A program made the position numbers and the translations under genes. Shown one piece after another: positions 20,041 to 53,330 of a DNA stretch of 64,000 nt. The stretch comes from the human T2T-CHM13v2.0 reference genome, Homo sapiens. Within the stretch, counting starts at the first letter, position 1. Every line of letters starts with the position of its first letter. The notes beneath the pieces were generated by a model. That model was not told the DNA's origin and searched no databases. It saw only the letters and a program-made list of their open reading frames with translations. Location: assembly GCF_009914755.1 (NCBI RefSeq), contig NC_060947.1; one strand, 5' to 3'.

Positions 20041-21361
20041 GACAGAGGTATTTCATGGGTCTCATTAGAAAATGGATGAAAAAAGAGCTAAGTCAAAGTT
20101 TTTACCCCCACGCTATCTTAGTCAGAATTGCTCTGTTTTCATATTTTACGTGTGGCTATTCTCTGTAAAATTTGTTTGAAAAGAAGTTCAACTGCTAAGA
20201 AGAAAAAACATATTTGAACAGCCCTGCTTTATATAATAGGTAAGTGATTGAACATGTGGATATATTTCTCTGTGCACTGGGAACACATAGGGAAATCATT
20301 TGAAAGAATATTGCTGCATTCTTTGTAAAATCAATACCTGTGGATTTTCATGAGTCTGAAATAATTAAGAGTGTGTAGGATGAACAGCCCTTAAGGGTAG
20401 TGTTGGGGAGCGGGTGGGGCGGATCTGGGGAAGGACATTGTATTGTTTCGCTGACTGTTTTATGTCTTAGCAACAAGACATAACTTAGTACAGCATCAGA
20501 GTCCCTCAGGATTACAAATTACTTGAGGGCAGAAACTCTTTTCTGTAGCTCCTTCAGCTCCCTGTCGTGATTCTTTAAATATTTCATGTGCAAATGAGTC
20601 AATAAATGGTAGGAAGGCAGATAGAGCAGGAAAATTCTTTTCCTTCCTATTAACTCTTGTCCCCTACTCTTTAAACTCACTGGGCTCGGCTCTAGACAAT
20701 CAGGTCAAGTTTATCTTTGGCACCCTTTGCTTTAGCAGGCATTCCTTTTTTCCGAGTGCCCAGTGTATCCTCTTACCCAGGGTTATTTCACTCTCAAATC
20801 CCAGAAAGGGCTATCTTCCCATATAGTATCTCATGCCTCAGACCTTTCCTAATCCTCTAGGAGAGGCTCTAGGACCTCTAGGCTTCCTTGTTATGAGTTC
20901 TACTTCTTGCTCTCTGTAAAAATTTTACAGAGTTAGCATCAGGCCACTTAGAGGATGAAGATTACAGAGAAGAGAGCCTTCAAACTCTTGTCTCTGCATG
21001 CAACTGGAATAGAACACTGCCCACCATCGCTCATTGTATCTAAGCACTTAACCCCACCCATGTTGAACAACACTTACCTACCTCCCGAGACCTTTTTTCC
21101 TCGAAGGACAGTTTTGTGTGATCCCAGGCTCATTTATTTTTAAGGGCAGGTAAGTTACAAAAACATAGGGCATCCTTTTCTTGGGTTATCATATCTCCCA
21201 CTCCTCATGGCTCAAAGTTACTGTCCTTCAAATCGATATATTGAAAAAAGCATGAGCCACTGCCAGAGCAGTCATTTCTCTCCCAGTGTGTGGTTATCCT
21301 GGCCTACTTTGGCTCACAGGAGTGAAGGAAACAAGCTGCTTGTTTAAATTATGGAGAATCA

Positions 21362-26943
<5,582 letters not shown>

Positions 26944-27617
26944 AATGCCCCACCTAATTCTCTCTAGGCAATGCTCCCACTTCCCAATCACTATTCCTCC
27001 TCTATGGTCCCTCAACCGTAAAATATCCAAGTGTGGGTATTTGTTCCCTCAAGGCCACAACTCAATCTTTTTAAGCAAAAGAAGTTCCTCTAGAAAGTTC
27101 ATGAATCATCACTTGAAAGTAAAATGTTATGCATTCGGAGTGGGGGTATTCAAAGGATTCTTTCAATTCTCAAAGAGATCAGTATCCTCCCCCCCAAAAA
27201 AATTAAGAAATATGGTACTAAGGTCTAATGCAATGAGGTTGATGTAGTTTCATTTGAAGATTATTTGTAGTTTAGCAGAGAGCTCCTGGAAAGAATGCCT
27301 TAACCTAAAGAAAGAATTCTACAATAAAGGAAAAGTAGGCTCCAGTGGTGGGGAACGTATTATTTGGGAGAGGATTTTGGAGTACTTCACCACATTGTAT
27401 GGGCAACTAATTATTTTTTCTTGCTCTGTCTCTTTAATACTGATGACAAAGGGATATCTGTCTTTTATTTCGCCCTGTAGTTATGGTCCTAACACATACT
27501 AGGATATAATACATTTTAAAATGTTAACACAAGTGCCAAAATGGGGTGGGGAAGCATTAAGTCCACTTAACTTTAGCAAGCACTTACTGAGCACCTACTA
27601 TGTATAAAGCACAGTGC

Positions 27618-27788
27618 TAGGTGATATAGGATAGAAAGGCAAATAAAATTCTATAAGGTCTGAACCTTCCAGAACCTGACAATCCCTAGGAGGGGGATAG
27701 ATAGGTGATATAGGATAGAAAGACAAATAAAATTCTATAAGGTCTGAACTTTCCAGAACCTGACAATCCCTAGGAGGGGTATAGATAG
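27618..27788. repeat. 84-bp tandem duplication (2 copies) in an L2-like fragment, followed by (CA)n(TA)n
   Basis: TAGGTGATATAGGATAGAAAG..AAATAAAATTCTATAAGGTCTGAAC..TCCAGAACCTGACAATCCCTAGGAGGGG.ATAGA starts at 27618 and 27702, with about 3 mismatches. Confidence 0.92.
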
Positions 27789-27819
<31 letters not shown>

Positions 27820-28164
27820 ACAGTACACACACATATATATATATATAAATAATATTAATGTAAGACAGACTATGAGATATGCTATTGCATAATATGGGAG
27901 AAGGCATTGATGCTAACTAGAGAGCACCTAGGAAGCTTTAACTAAAAGTAGAAACAAGGCTACCAACCCTCAAATCCCTGGACCCTTCCCCTTCTCTGAA
28001 CAACTGTCTTCAACAGATTCAGAGATTAGGTCCACTGAACTTTAATTTTTTCTCTTTTTTCTTTATTATGAAATATTTCAGACCTGCAAATGGTATATAA
28101 AAACCATTATAAATACCCATGTGCATAAATACCCATAACTTAAGCAAGAAAATGTTACAGATAT

Positions 28165-28341
28165 GTTCTCATTGTTCAATTGCCACCTATGAGTGAGAAT
28201 ATGCATTGGGAGATATACCTAATGCTAGATGATGAGTTAGTGGGTGCAGCGCACCAGCATGTCACATGTATACATATGTAACTAACCTGCACATTGTGCA
28301 CATGTACCCTAAAACTTAAAGTATAATAATAAAAAAAAAGA
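28165..28341 (+). mobile_element. Tiny young L1PA (L1PA2/3-like) insertion with 5' inversion
   Basis: 19-bp TSD AAGAAAATGTTACAGATAT (28146-28164, 28342-28360); inverted L1 3' UTR piece at 28165-28204, then sense 3' end ...CCCTAAAACTTAAAGTATAATAAT-polyA. Confidence 0.9.
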
Positions 28342-28397
28342 AAGAAAATGTTACAGATATAGTTGAAGTACCCACACAACTAGAATTATTTTACTAA

Positions 28398-29270
<873 letters not shown>

Positions 29271-29323
29271 TACCTTCCAAGAAGTAACCACTGTCCTAAA
29301 TGTGCTGTTTATCATTCTCATAC

Positions 29324-29357
<34 letters not shown>

Positions 29358-30179
29358 TTGTATGATCATTCCCATGCATGTGTATATATATAAATTGATT
29401 AAATGTTTTTATTCCAGTCTGCCATGGAAGAAGCATATATAAGTTGTATTAAATGTTTTAAAAATCCATATAAGTGCCATTACAATATTTGTATCCCTCT
29501 GGAACTAGCTTTTCCCTTATTCATTTTTCTACTGCCACCACTCAATCTTTGCTCTTCCAAGAGGTCTTTCTCTCACAGCCCCTGTGACTTCTAGTCTCCT
29601 CCCCAGCCCAGCCTTTGGTGTTCTATTCTGTTTATGTGCAACAGTCCCAAGCCATTGAATTAAGCCTGGTCATACCTTAAACGAAGCTCAGCTTCTTCCC
29701 ATATTGCTCTCTAAACCAAAATCTGGGCCTAGGCTCTTTAATATTACATGGGCTTCTAGGCTTATCTGGATCATCACTTTGGTTTTCTTTGATAATGCTG
29801 CTTTCCATAGCAGTGTGCATGTTAAAGTTTAAGTGTACAGGAATTACTTGTGGATCTTGTTAAAGTGCGATTGTGATTCACTAGGTGTGCAGAGGGCCTG
29901 AGACTCTGCATTTCCAAAACACTTTCAGGTGTTGCTGATGCTGCTGATACGTGGACCACATATTTAGTAGCAAGGTTCTAGAAGATAGACATCCATCTCT
30001 GTCTTTGCAGAAATTGTTTTAACTTGGTATTTTAATTTATATAGTTCAGCAATAAAGGAACTTAACATAAGCTTACCCAATGATTGAATGTGATAGCTTT
30101 CAAAGAAGGGAAGGTAGGCCAAAACAAAAACAAATAATGTAAGGAAACATTTTACTCAGTGTTATTTACCTAAAGCAAG

Positions 30180-35475
<5,296 letters not shown>

Positions 35476-38400
35476 ATAACCTGGGACATTCATAGGGCTC
35501 ACCTTGTTTATTTCCCATCTTCCTGGGATCACCATCCTTAGTTACCTACTATTAATATCTAGTGACTTGAAAACTTGCTTCATGTTGTCTGTCTTTATTT
35601 GATTTTATTTGGTTGTTTCATTCAGGAGGGTAACTACAAACCCTGTTGCTCCATCTTAGCCAGAAGTGGAAGTCTCCCTATTTCTTAACTGGAGAAACTG
35701 AGTCAGCTAACTGGCTTGCCAAAGTTCACATCAGTCAGGACTATAACCAATATTTCCTGACTTCTAATCTGCAGTTGAGACAGAATTGTTTCTTGGCTAA
35801 CTTCCAGGACAACTTGATAGCAGAAAGTCGATTAATCCGGCATAGAAAAAGGAAATATGTGTGACTTGACAATCCCTGGAAGGTTCAGATCAGTTATCTG
35901 CCTTCCCCTCAATCAAGCAAGTATTTGCCACATACCTATGCACAATGTCTTTTGGGAGACACTGCCGGGAATAGAGAAGTCAGTGCTAGCATCTCTGGCA
36001 ACAGGGGGATCACCATCTATTTGGGAGAAAAAGCTACACATGAAACATCTCTGTGACTCAAATGACTCAACCATGTTTACCTATAATATAATGACTTACT
36101 CAACTATGCAGTCAAGAGAGTCAGGAAAGGTCACAGTGTGTGGCCTTTTCTCAAGAAAGGCTTCCCAGAGGAGGAGGGACTTGGGCTTCAAAAGATAGGC
36201 AGCATACTCTGTCTGGGTAGGGCAGTAAAGGCAGGACATTGTCTCCACAGGACTTATGTCAAAATGCACGAGGCCTCAGAGGGTTCTTGGCTGTAAAAAA
36301 CAAACAAACAAACAAAAAAAAAACTTGAGCCTTGTGGTAAGGAGGAAGGAAGGGGATATTGTCCTGTCCAGAGGACAGACCTAGAGGACAGTCCTAGAAG
36401 ATTTAATGGAAGTTCTATGGTGAGGAGGATGACGAATAAGGCATCTTTATGCCTACCGCAAAATCAAATCCTCCTAGGTAGACAGTTTTCATTGAAAGCA
36501 AAAAGTGTCTTCCCAGGTCATGAAGAGCAGGGCTGTCCACTCGAAGCTGCAGGACAAACACTCTAGACTCTACTCATTCAATCATGCAGTGAACATGTAT
36601 TGAGCATCTACTATACGCCTGAAGTTGTGTTAGGGGCTGGGGACTCACAGTTGCCTAAGACTTGTGGCTTGCCCCAGTTTAGTCTAGATGAGAAGACAGA
36701 CATTTGGATGATGATGACAATTTTCCTTAGGGAAAGGTGCTCTCTTTCCCCACCCTACTCCCTCTGTCAGTCAACAGAAGTGGCCAAGTCCTTTCCATTT
36801 GCAGACCAACATCAGGGTCAGGGTGGGACAGAGGGAGAGACCTAAAGCCACAACAACCCACAGAGGTTTCCACTTAATGTTGGGATAACAGGCAACACCC
36901 CTGGAAGACCAGCCCAAAGATCTACTTTACAGCCTGTCTCAAAACTCAGGGCCTCCAGGCAGCCTACTTTTCTATATCTGCCCCCTACCACCCTCACCAG
37001 AGGCCATCCTGAATGACAGTGATATGTGTGGATATGGTTTAGCTCCCCTAAGAAAGGCCCTTTAGGGGGAACGCCCAGGCCTGCCTCAAGTTTGTAACAC
37101 CCACGGAGCCTGCCACAGGGCTCTGCACCAGGTCAGTGTTTGGTAAATGCTTGCTGAATGACTCAAAGGGCTTTGGAATCACTATCACCATGAATGGTGT
37201 TTCTCTTCTACCTGCCTAGGGCTTGACTGTCTACAAAGGGCCTTGCTATCCCCTCTTCCTTTTTCTTAGGATCATTTCCCTGGCCTCACTTGAGGTTTCT
37301 GCTCTTCCGGCCTAGTGTGATTCTGCTGTGAGGCTGGGGACAATGAGGGATCTCACCCCTCAGGGGAGACCCTGCGCCCGCCCCCCACATACAGGGAGTG
37401 ACTTGGTCCCTTGCTGGCCTCCTAGTCTACTGTGTCACAGCCAAAGCAGGCTGTGGGCACTCTCCAAAGAGAAACACCAGTGCAGGAGTGCCATCTCCCT
37501 CCAGGTGGGGTAGGGCCCCTGGTCCTCAAGCCCAGTGCTTCCTGCTGCTCCTGGAAGCCACGGGAGGGGTGGGGGACAGTGTGGAATGCTGGTCTCTCTT
37601 GGGATTTGACCTTCACTCCCACATCCCATGGGGGTCACTGCACAGGCTCTGTGACCTTGAGCTCAGCCCCTGGGAGTGGAGTTGCCTGTCAGGGCTCCAT
37701 CCTTCCTGTTGAGCAGGAACTGCAGCCCCACTGGGCCCTGATTCTGGGCAAGTCTGCACCACCACAGGCTCCTTTTCACTTACAGGCTAACCTAGCTTGT
37801 GGGATTCGAAGAAAGATTATTATCATTAATACCCTCTGTGTGTGCAGGGCCTTGCCATTCACAACAACACTTCTTCATCATCTTATTGATGTCTCAGGAT
37901 AGGCATATCAGTTGGGTTTTTCATAAACTGTAATTTCATCTCCTTCCTCAGTCATTTTTTCCCTTCCTACTGGTTTTCTAACTCAGTGAGTGGCCCTCCC
38001 CCTCCAAAAGTATATTAGCAGTACAAGTGTCTCAGAAAAAAACAAACATACCCATGTATCTTGGTTGACACTTTGAGTCTGATAACACCATGCTCAGCAA
38101 TTACAGGGCAGGGACACACTCCCTGGTGAGCAAACAGTAGAGTTCAGGGAAAATCGCTATCAAGTATAAGTGTATTATGAGGTCAGAGACCAATTTACCA
38201 AATAGATTGATGACAGAGTTGCTATTCACAGTTTGAAAGTGCAGTTATTTTAAAAGACATTCATAAAGTTATTGAATTTGAGTGAGTATGCACTTGTGTA
38301 TTCTATTCCCCTGGGTTTTCTGATACAAGTTTATAAAAAGAAAGTGACTAGTTACATCCCACAGCTAATTAGTGGTCTGGGCTAGGACGCAAGCCCATTT

Positions 38401-39899
38401 TTCTTTCCTGAGCCTTGGCCTGTTTATATGAGCCTCCCTGGAATGGAAGCGTTTGCTTACAGGCTGCCCATTAAACGCTAAAAGTAAAATAGAAGATAAA
38501 AGAGTGACTTGAAGCTCAAGTATTCCAAAACATAGTACACTGATGACCAGTTCAACATTTAGATAAAGTACTATAGCTCTGAAATGAATATTTGCTTCAT
38601 AGCAGTCAATGGGGAAATGGGACTTGAATTCCTTGAAGTGGCTTTACATACAAAGATCTAGCAACCCATCTAACAGCATCTTCTGAAGAAGTGAACAAAA
38701 GATGTCAAGGTGGAAAGCCAGGGTCCTGACCAAATTCTTTAGGCTGTGAGACCTCGTACAAATCACTTAGCCTAGGATCCTCAACTTCCATTGATGTTAA
38801 TATCTAAGTTACTACCAAAGAGAATCAATTGAGGTCATCCAGTCAGTCTCCACATCTGCTCTGTCTTATCCCTAAATTCCTCTTTTCTCCATCCTCTGTT
38901 CTCTCCTTAGCTGAGTCCTCTTCATTTTGCTCTCTACACTGTAGCCAAAGAGATCTTTTGAAAAGGCAAACCCAGTTACGTAGCTCATCTGCTCAAAACC
39001 CTTCAATAGGTCTCTGTTATTATCATAATAAAAATCCCAATTCCTTACCCTGGTCTACAAGGCCTTTCATGATCTGGCACCTGCTGGTTTCTCTGGACTC
39101 ATCCCACACTAATACTCCCTCTTAAATCCTAGGCTCTAGCCATAATTAACAGCTGTTCCTGAGTAAGCCAGCTTCTCTCACCTCCAGCCTTTGCACTAGC
39201 TTCTTCTTGTTCCCAGAACACTCAGTGCCTTCCAGCTCCCACTCCCCCTTTTCTTCTTCTAACCCTGTAATATTCTGTATCTATATTACCCACCTGGGAA
39301 ACCCTCCCCCAGTCTGAACTGCTCTTCCTCTGTGTCTCCCCCGTCACACCCCCGCAGCACCCTATGCTTCTGTCTTCTTAACACTCCTCAGCCTGATTAA
39401 ACGGCCTTTTTTTCCTTGTTGATTTCTCCCACTCACTTCTGCAGGACTGTGTCTTACTCATCATTATGTCCCCAGTGGAGCTCGTTGAATGAATGATGCA
39501 TGTTTAAATGCTTTGTAAACTGCAACTTGCTACACAAGTGTTAAGTATTATGTAACGTTATTGTGTTCAGATTGCTTGCTTAGTTATTGTTGGCATACTC
39601 ACCCATTTGATAATAAAGAATATAATATTTCAAGCACATTATTTTGGCTCCTTCTTAAGCCCAATAGTAATAAAGGCTACCACTTATTGAGCACTTAACC
39701 TGGTCTAGGCTCTGCAGTAAGATTTTACATGTACAATCTCATTTACTTATCATTATAGCAATCTTATAAGCAAGGTTCTATTATGAGCGTCATCCCTATT
39801 TTTCAGATGAAAACACAGCTTGCCCAATGTTACACAGCCAGATTTTGAATCCAGATTTTTCAAGTTCAAGATCCATGCCCTGCCAAAGTCTTCATATAA

Positions 39900-41562
<1,663 letters not shown>

Positions 41563-42163
41563 GATCCAAGCCCTGATTCTAACCATTTCTCAGTCCTGCC
41601 AAAGCCTTCAGATAATTTGCTCCTGATGAATGTTTGCTGCTTTCCCTCCAGATAACCTGCCTTTTGTTTCTTTTTCCTCCCATGACCAGACTGCTCTGTC
41701 TGGTCCTCTAGAGCCTCCACATTGGTGAGTGTCTCTGAAGAGGGCAGGGCCCAGGCTCAAGCCTCCTGCCCACTCTCCTCTTGGGAAGAAAATGCTTACT
41801 CTGAGAGCAGCCAGCGCAAATTTTACTCATAACAATTAACAGATGGCTGTGCATCCCTTCTGTTCCCAGGAATCACATCTCACATCGGGACTAACTGCAC
41901 TGTGCATTTTCCATCACTGGTAACTAATTCCAACAGTGACGCTGGGCATTGTTATTCATCGGTGAAGAACAGACATAAAGAGAGAGGGGAAGTGGCTTGG
42001 GCTGAGTCACATAGCAAAGTTAGAACTCCAACCTCCCAGCAACTAACCTTGCCCTGGGCTCTGTCCCACACACCTGGCAGCTCAAGACTTGCTCCTTTTT
42101 GCACTCTGGGCGACAGACTCCCTGGCTAACCAAGCGCGTCTAACTTGTCTTGCAGAGAAATTA

Positions 42164-46357
<4,194 letters not shown>

Positions 46358-48244
46358 CTAGCTCAGGTCTGACCCCGACTAAATGGACAATCTTCCATTG
46401 ATTTCCCATCCCCTCAACCCCGGTTCAAGCCACCATCCACAGCATTTGGACTAGTCATTTGTACTTAAGTAACTGAGTTAGTATCATGAAATTTGGTCTT
46501 AGGATCAAAGCCACTCAAGGTTAGAGCTGGAGGGAACCTTGGAGATTAAGAGAAACTAAGGTTTGGAGAACCTACCTAAGGTTTCATAGCAAATATGTGA
46601 CAAATCCAAGGCTTCAAGCCAAGTTTTCCAATGTGTCCCTCGTGCTTTCCTGACTACATCTGGAGTTTCTCTATTTCTTCTTCTCCTTCTCCTTCTTCTT
46701 CATTTTTTTTTTTTTCGTGTGTGTGTCTTTTTTCCCCTATGTGATGCTTCCTTTCTGCCCTGTGACCCTCTCCCTCTGTCCTGTCTTATTAGAAAGAGGC
46801 TCTAGAGCTGGCTGCATAGTACCTGTTCTCTGGGACCTTGGTGTTGATCTAAGACTGGTTTAACTACCTAAAGAGAAGCAGAGACCCGAGGGGGCCTGCC
46901 ATAACCCAACTCTGAAACATGACTTAATCCCAAGTAAGATCAGCTCTAACATTTGTTCAGAAGCAAAAATGATGGATTCTAAAGTTTGACTTCCCCAAGG
47001 TCATCTGGCTAAGAGGTGGCTGCAGCAGGGGGCAACAATAGGTCTTCAGGCCCCTGGGGCGGCAACCTGGCACTGCCCAAGAGCCCGCAGGCTCTGAAGG
47101 CCAACTGAGCCAGCGGCAAGCCTAGTCCCTGCCTCCCTGCTTGGAGCAGTGCGACTATACCGTTTTCTGTCTGCTCATTTGTGAGCTTGGTTCCCGTCCT
47201 AAATGTGGGGGTTCAAGGCAGACAAAGAGTGTGCAGTTGGCCACCCCGCTCGCCTTCAGGAAGTGTGTAGGACACCGTCGAGGCCCCCTAGCCATTGTAA
47301 ACCAGGCGCTGAGGCTCGTGCCCAGTTGTACCCTTCCCGCGCAGCGCTCAGGAGCGACAAACCTGGAGGCTATTCGGTCTGCCACTGGGCTGTGCCGGGA
47401 TTCGCGGACTTTCTCCTGAATAGCGCTCTCAGCTCGCGTCTTCCCCCTGCCACTCTCCCACGCCCCCAGAGTACCCACCGACCCCAGCAGGCCGGGTACA
47501 TCCCTGCCGCGCCCATCCGGCCAGTGGCTCCAGGGGCCGGCCTGGTGTGTCTCCAGCTGGGCGCCTACCGCCTGCCCCAGCGCTAGTTCTGGCGTTGGGG
47601 GTAGAGAGGTAAAGAGGGGAGTTAGCGGGGCATCTCCCTCCCAGGGCTGAGCCGGCAAGCGCATCTTCTCCGCGAGTTCCTCACTGTCCAGCGAGCGCTG
47701 CCCAACTTCTGCGCCGGTGGGACCCGCTGCTCTGAGTCACTCTTGGCACAGAACACCAAGCACCCTCAGAAACCGAATTCACCACCTTTGGGAGGCTCCT
47801 GGGAGAAGGCAAGGAACCCAGGCGGGGCTCCCAGGGCTCTCGGGCTGGGACTGGGTTGTGTGTGTGTGGGGGGGCTTCACGGATACCCCTCCCAACCTGC
47901 TTCCTTTCCCTGACAGCAGCCATCTCCCCCAAGAGGGAGAGTCTTAGGCGTCCCGGAAGACCCTGCGGACTGTGCACCTCGAGGTACCAGCCTCTCCTGG
48001 GAGGAGTGGGGGGCCGCTGGTCAGCGGCTGGCAGAGGGGACCTGTTTGCTGGCCCGTTTGGAGGTGGGATGGAGTGGGGTTTGGAGACTCAGAAGCCCAA
48101 GAGAAGACACTGAGTTTCTCCCCACCCCACAACCCCACTTCCGAAAAAGAACCAGGTGGTGAGGAGGAATAAGGCGAAGTGTAAACACAAACAACCTCAA
48201 AAAGAAGCCAAGAAAAGCGAAGCCCAAAGAAGCAAGAGCAACAC

Positions 48245-49384
<1,140 letters not shown>

Positions 49385-52059
49385 TGAGGGAGCGGGAGAA
49401 CAAACCCCGCAGCGAGAAGGGATTTGGACCAGGGCAGAAGAGGGGGCGGGGGACCCATGGACTGTGGCGGGGTGGGGGAGGGGTGATTCTGGGGCTGGGT
49501 CTCTGAGTTTGTTCTGTTTTCACTGCTTATCTGTGTTTCACTGTGTTTGTGTTGATCTCGGTTGCTTTTTGTCTTTTCCTGCTACTTCTGTTAGCTTTTG
49601 TGTTCCTGTCTCTCAGTCCCCGTTCCTGTCTGTGTCTCCTTGCTTCTGGTTCTTTTTCTCCGTCTCTTCGTATCTTTGTCACTGTTTCTTTCTTTTTCGG
49701 TGTCACTGTCTCTGTTCCTCTGACTCTCCTTCTCCCGCTGCACTCCTGGTCTCCTCTTACACCTGCTCGCACCTTCCCAGCGAGGAGAGGAACTTCGCGC
49801 GCTCCTCGCACTTGCGCCCGGTCCTCTGGGCTGTAGCCAGCAGGAGATGTCCGGTCGGCGCCTGCGTCCGCCGCTCGCGCCGCCGGGTGTTGCCCCTTCC
49901 GGGGCCGCGGCTCCCTGTGGGGTGGGTCCGGCATGGAATTAGGTCAGGAGAGCACTGGTTGCATAAGGGCCGCGAGCGGCCCGGGTCGGGCGCCCCTCCC
50001 CCGCGCGAGCGGGCGGGATTGTGTAACCGCTGAGGTAACTGAAGTGGGCCACCACGCTCGCTTCGGAAACCATCCCACGAGCATGTGCGGGGGGAGGGGG
50101 AGCGCTTGCGCCCCGCTGCCCTGTGACTCATTGTCACCGCTTCCTATCACACGATCCTCGGCTGAAATAGATGCCCCCCCTTGCCCGCCCCGCCAACCCG
50201 TAGCCTGTGCCCTCGCCTCCAACCCCTTTAACCTGGCCAGCCCGGCGGGAGGCCGGCGCGGCAACTGCTTGGGGATCCCTGGGGACCGTGGGCTGGCTAC
50301 GAATGGGTCACGCCTCTGTCCCGCTTTTCAGTGCCGCCTGGGAGGGTTGGGTGGGCTTTGCAGCTTCAAGGGTAACGTGGGCAGTCCCCCATCTCCAGCT
50401 AGACTAGGGCACCCGAATTTCCCCAGGGAGCCGCTCTCTGACCCACCACGCCTGGACCCAGGAAGTGGCTGCTGAGCCGCCAGCCGGTGTTGCCCAGCTC
50501 TGGCAGTTTGCCAGGAGCTCGGCCGTGGGGCGCGGTGTCTGGCGAAGCATGCCGGGGAGGAGGCAGCAGGGCTGGGCAGGCAGGGCCCTGGGATCCGAGG
50601 GTGTCCTGGACCTGACTCTGTGGAGTGGAGGAGGGGTGTGGGCCGGAGTCTCCACGTGTTTAATCTCCACTCAAGCTTGCAACAGGTAATGGGGGGAGGA
50701 GGAGGAGGAATGAGGACTGAAGGGGCAAGGCTGGCAGCCGGAGAAGGGGACCCTTCTAGCTCCTGTCTGTGCACAAGCAAGGCAGACTGTGAGCTGCTAC
50801 CAGGCTGGAGTGTGCTGCAGAAGAAAAAAGACAGAAAAGACTAAACAATTTGCTAATGTCTTAAGAGCAAGTAATGGGCACGCAAGCAAGCCCTGAGCAC
50901 ACCCCTGGGGAAAAAAAAAACATCAAAGCCTGTTGCCACAGAGGAAGCTAGATCCCAGATCTTGGGGAAGAGCAGGGCAATATGAATGAGGCAGGTGGAG
51001 GTCACTTAACTCTAGATCTCTAAGGCAGATTCCATACCTTTTAGCCATCCCCCAGGGGCCAGGAAAGCCCCTTCCTGCCCTCACCCTTCTCCTCTGTTGC
51101 CACCACATTCCCCTGGAAGTTCTTCCTTGCATCTTTGTTAATCCCCTCAGAGAAGTCAGGGTGAAAATGTCAAGGCCAGCTTTACCCTTCTAAGAGGAAA
51201 GGAGGCTCTCTGTTCTGGAAGATGGCCATTGTGTCCGTATTATTCCAAGTACTGCACACACCTTCAGAAAAAGGAACCTGCTCCCCACATCCCAGCTTCA
51301 AAGCTTCAAAGTCTGACCAGTTATCAGTGACTGCCCAGCTAGCCGTGTGACCTTGAGAAAATGCCTTCCCTTCTCTGGGCTTGATTTTCCCATCTGAAGA
51401 ATGGGTTGATTGAGCCAGATAATCTCTAATAGCCTGTCCAGCTCTGACATCTAGTAATTCAGAGTTTTTGGTGAGAGCCGGCCTCACCTTATTCCCAGAA
51501 ACCTTGTCCAAGTTCATTTACATTTGGCCATTTGAAATGAGAGGATGGGACCATGTAAATGTATTTCCATTTTCTTCAAGAAATCTTCATATGTGCTGGG
51601 CTTTGTAGACAAAGGTGTTACTAATGTCATCAGTCATTCCCACCTGGAAAAGTAACTTGGATTTGTCTTCTTGGTGGTTCAGATAGGGGTCACATCTGCC
51701 CACCTCTCTCTCCTTCCTACCTGGCCTGTTTTCTTGTTGGTAATACTGCACTCATAAACCAGGCTGCCGGACACTAGCCGTGTGTAGCCACATCTCGCCT
51801 ATGTCAAAGTGTCTAATGCACCACTGACACCACGGGGCCTCTAATGAACCACTTGTGAGCGGGGGCAAAAATGACTTTGCAGTTGGGGAACCTCAGGCCC
51901 AGAGTGGCTGGGGGTATAGAAGGCAGGACAATATTAGGACTAGAAATAGAGCCTAACCCTTTTGATCTCCAGTAGAAAAGTCCTAGAAAACTTATCATTT
52001 GCTCAAGATCCATACTCATACAGGACTTAACACCTGCTTGCGCTGGGGGCCATTAATAA

Positions 52060-52242
<183 letters not shown>

Positions 52243-52429
52243 TAGACAGGTATTGGCAGGAAGGGCTGCCTCCCTGGAGCATAGGGGCACTAGAGCTCAA
52301 GCAGAACAGGAAGAAGACTTTGCAAAGGAGCCAGGGTAAAGATCCCTGGGCAAAGAGTGACTCAGGTCTGCAAGGGAGCTGGATTCTTCCCCAATTCAGT
52401 CTTCAACTCATGACCTTCAGAGCAGCCTG

Positions 52430-53330
<901 letters not shown>

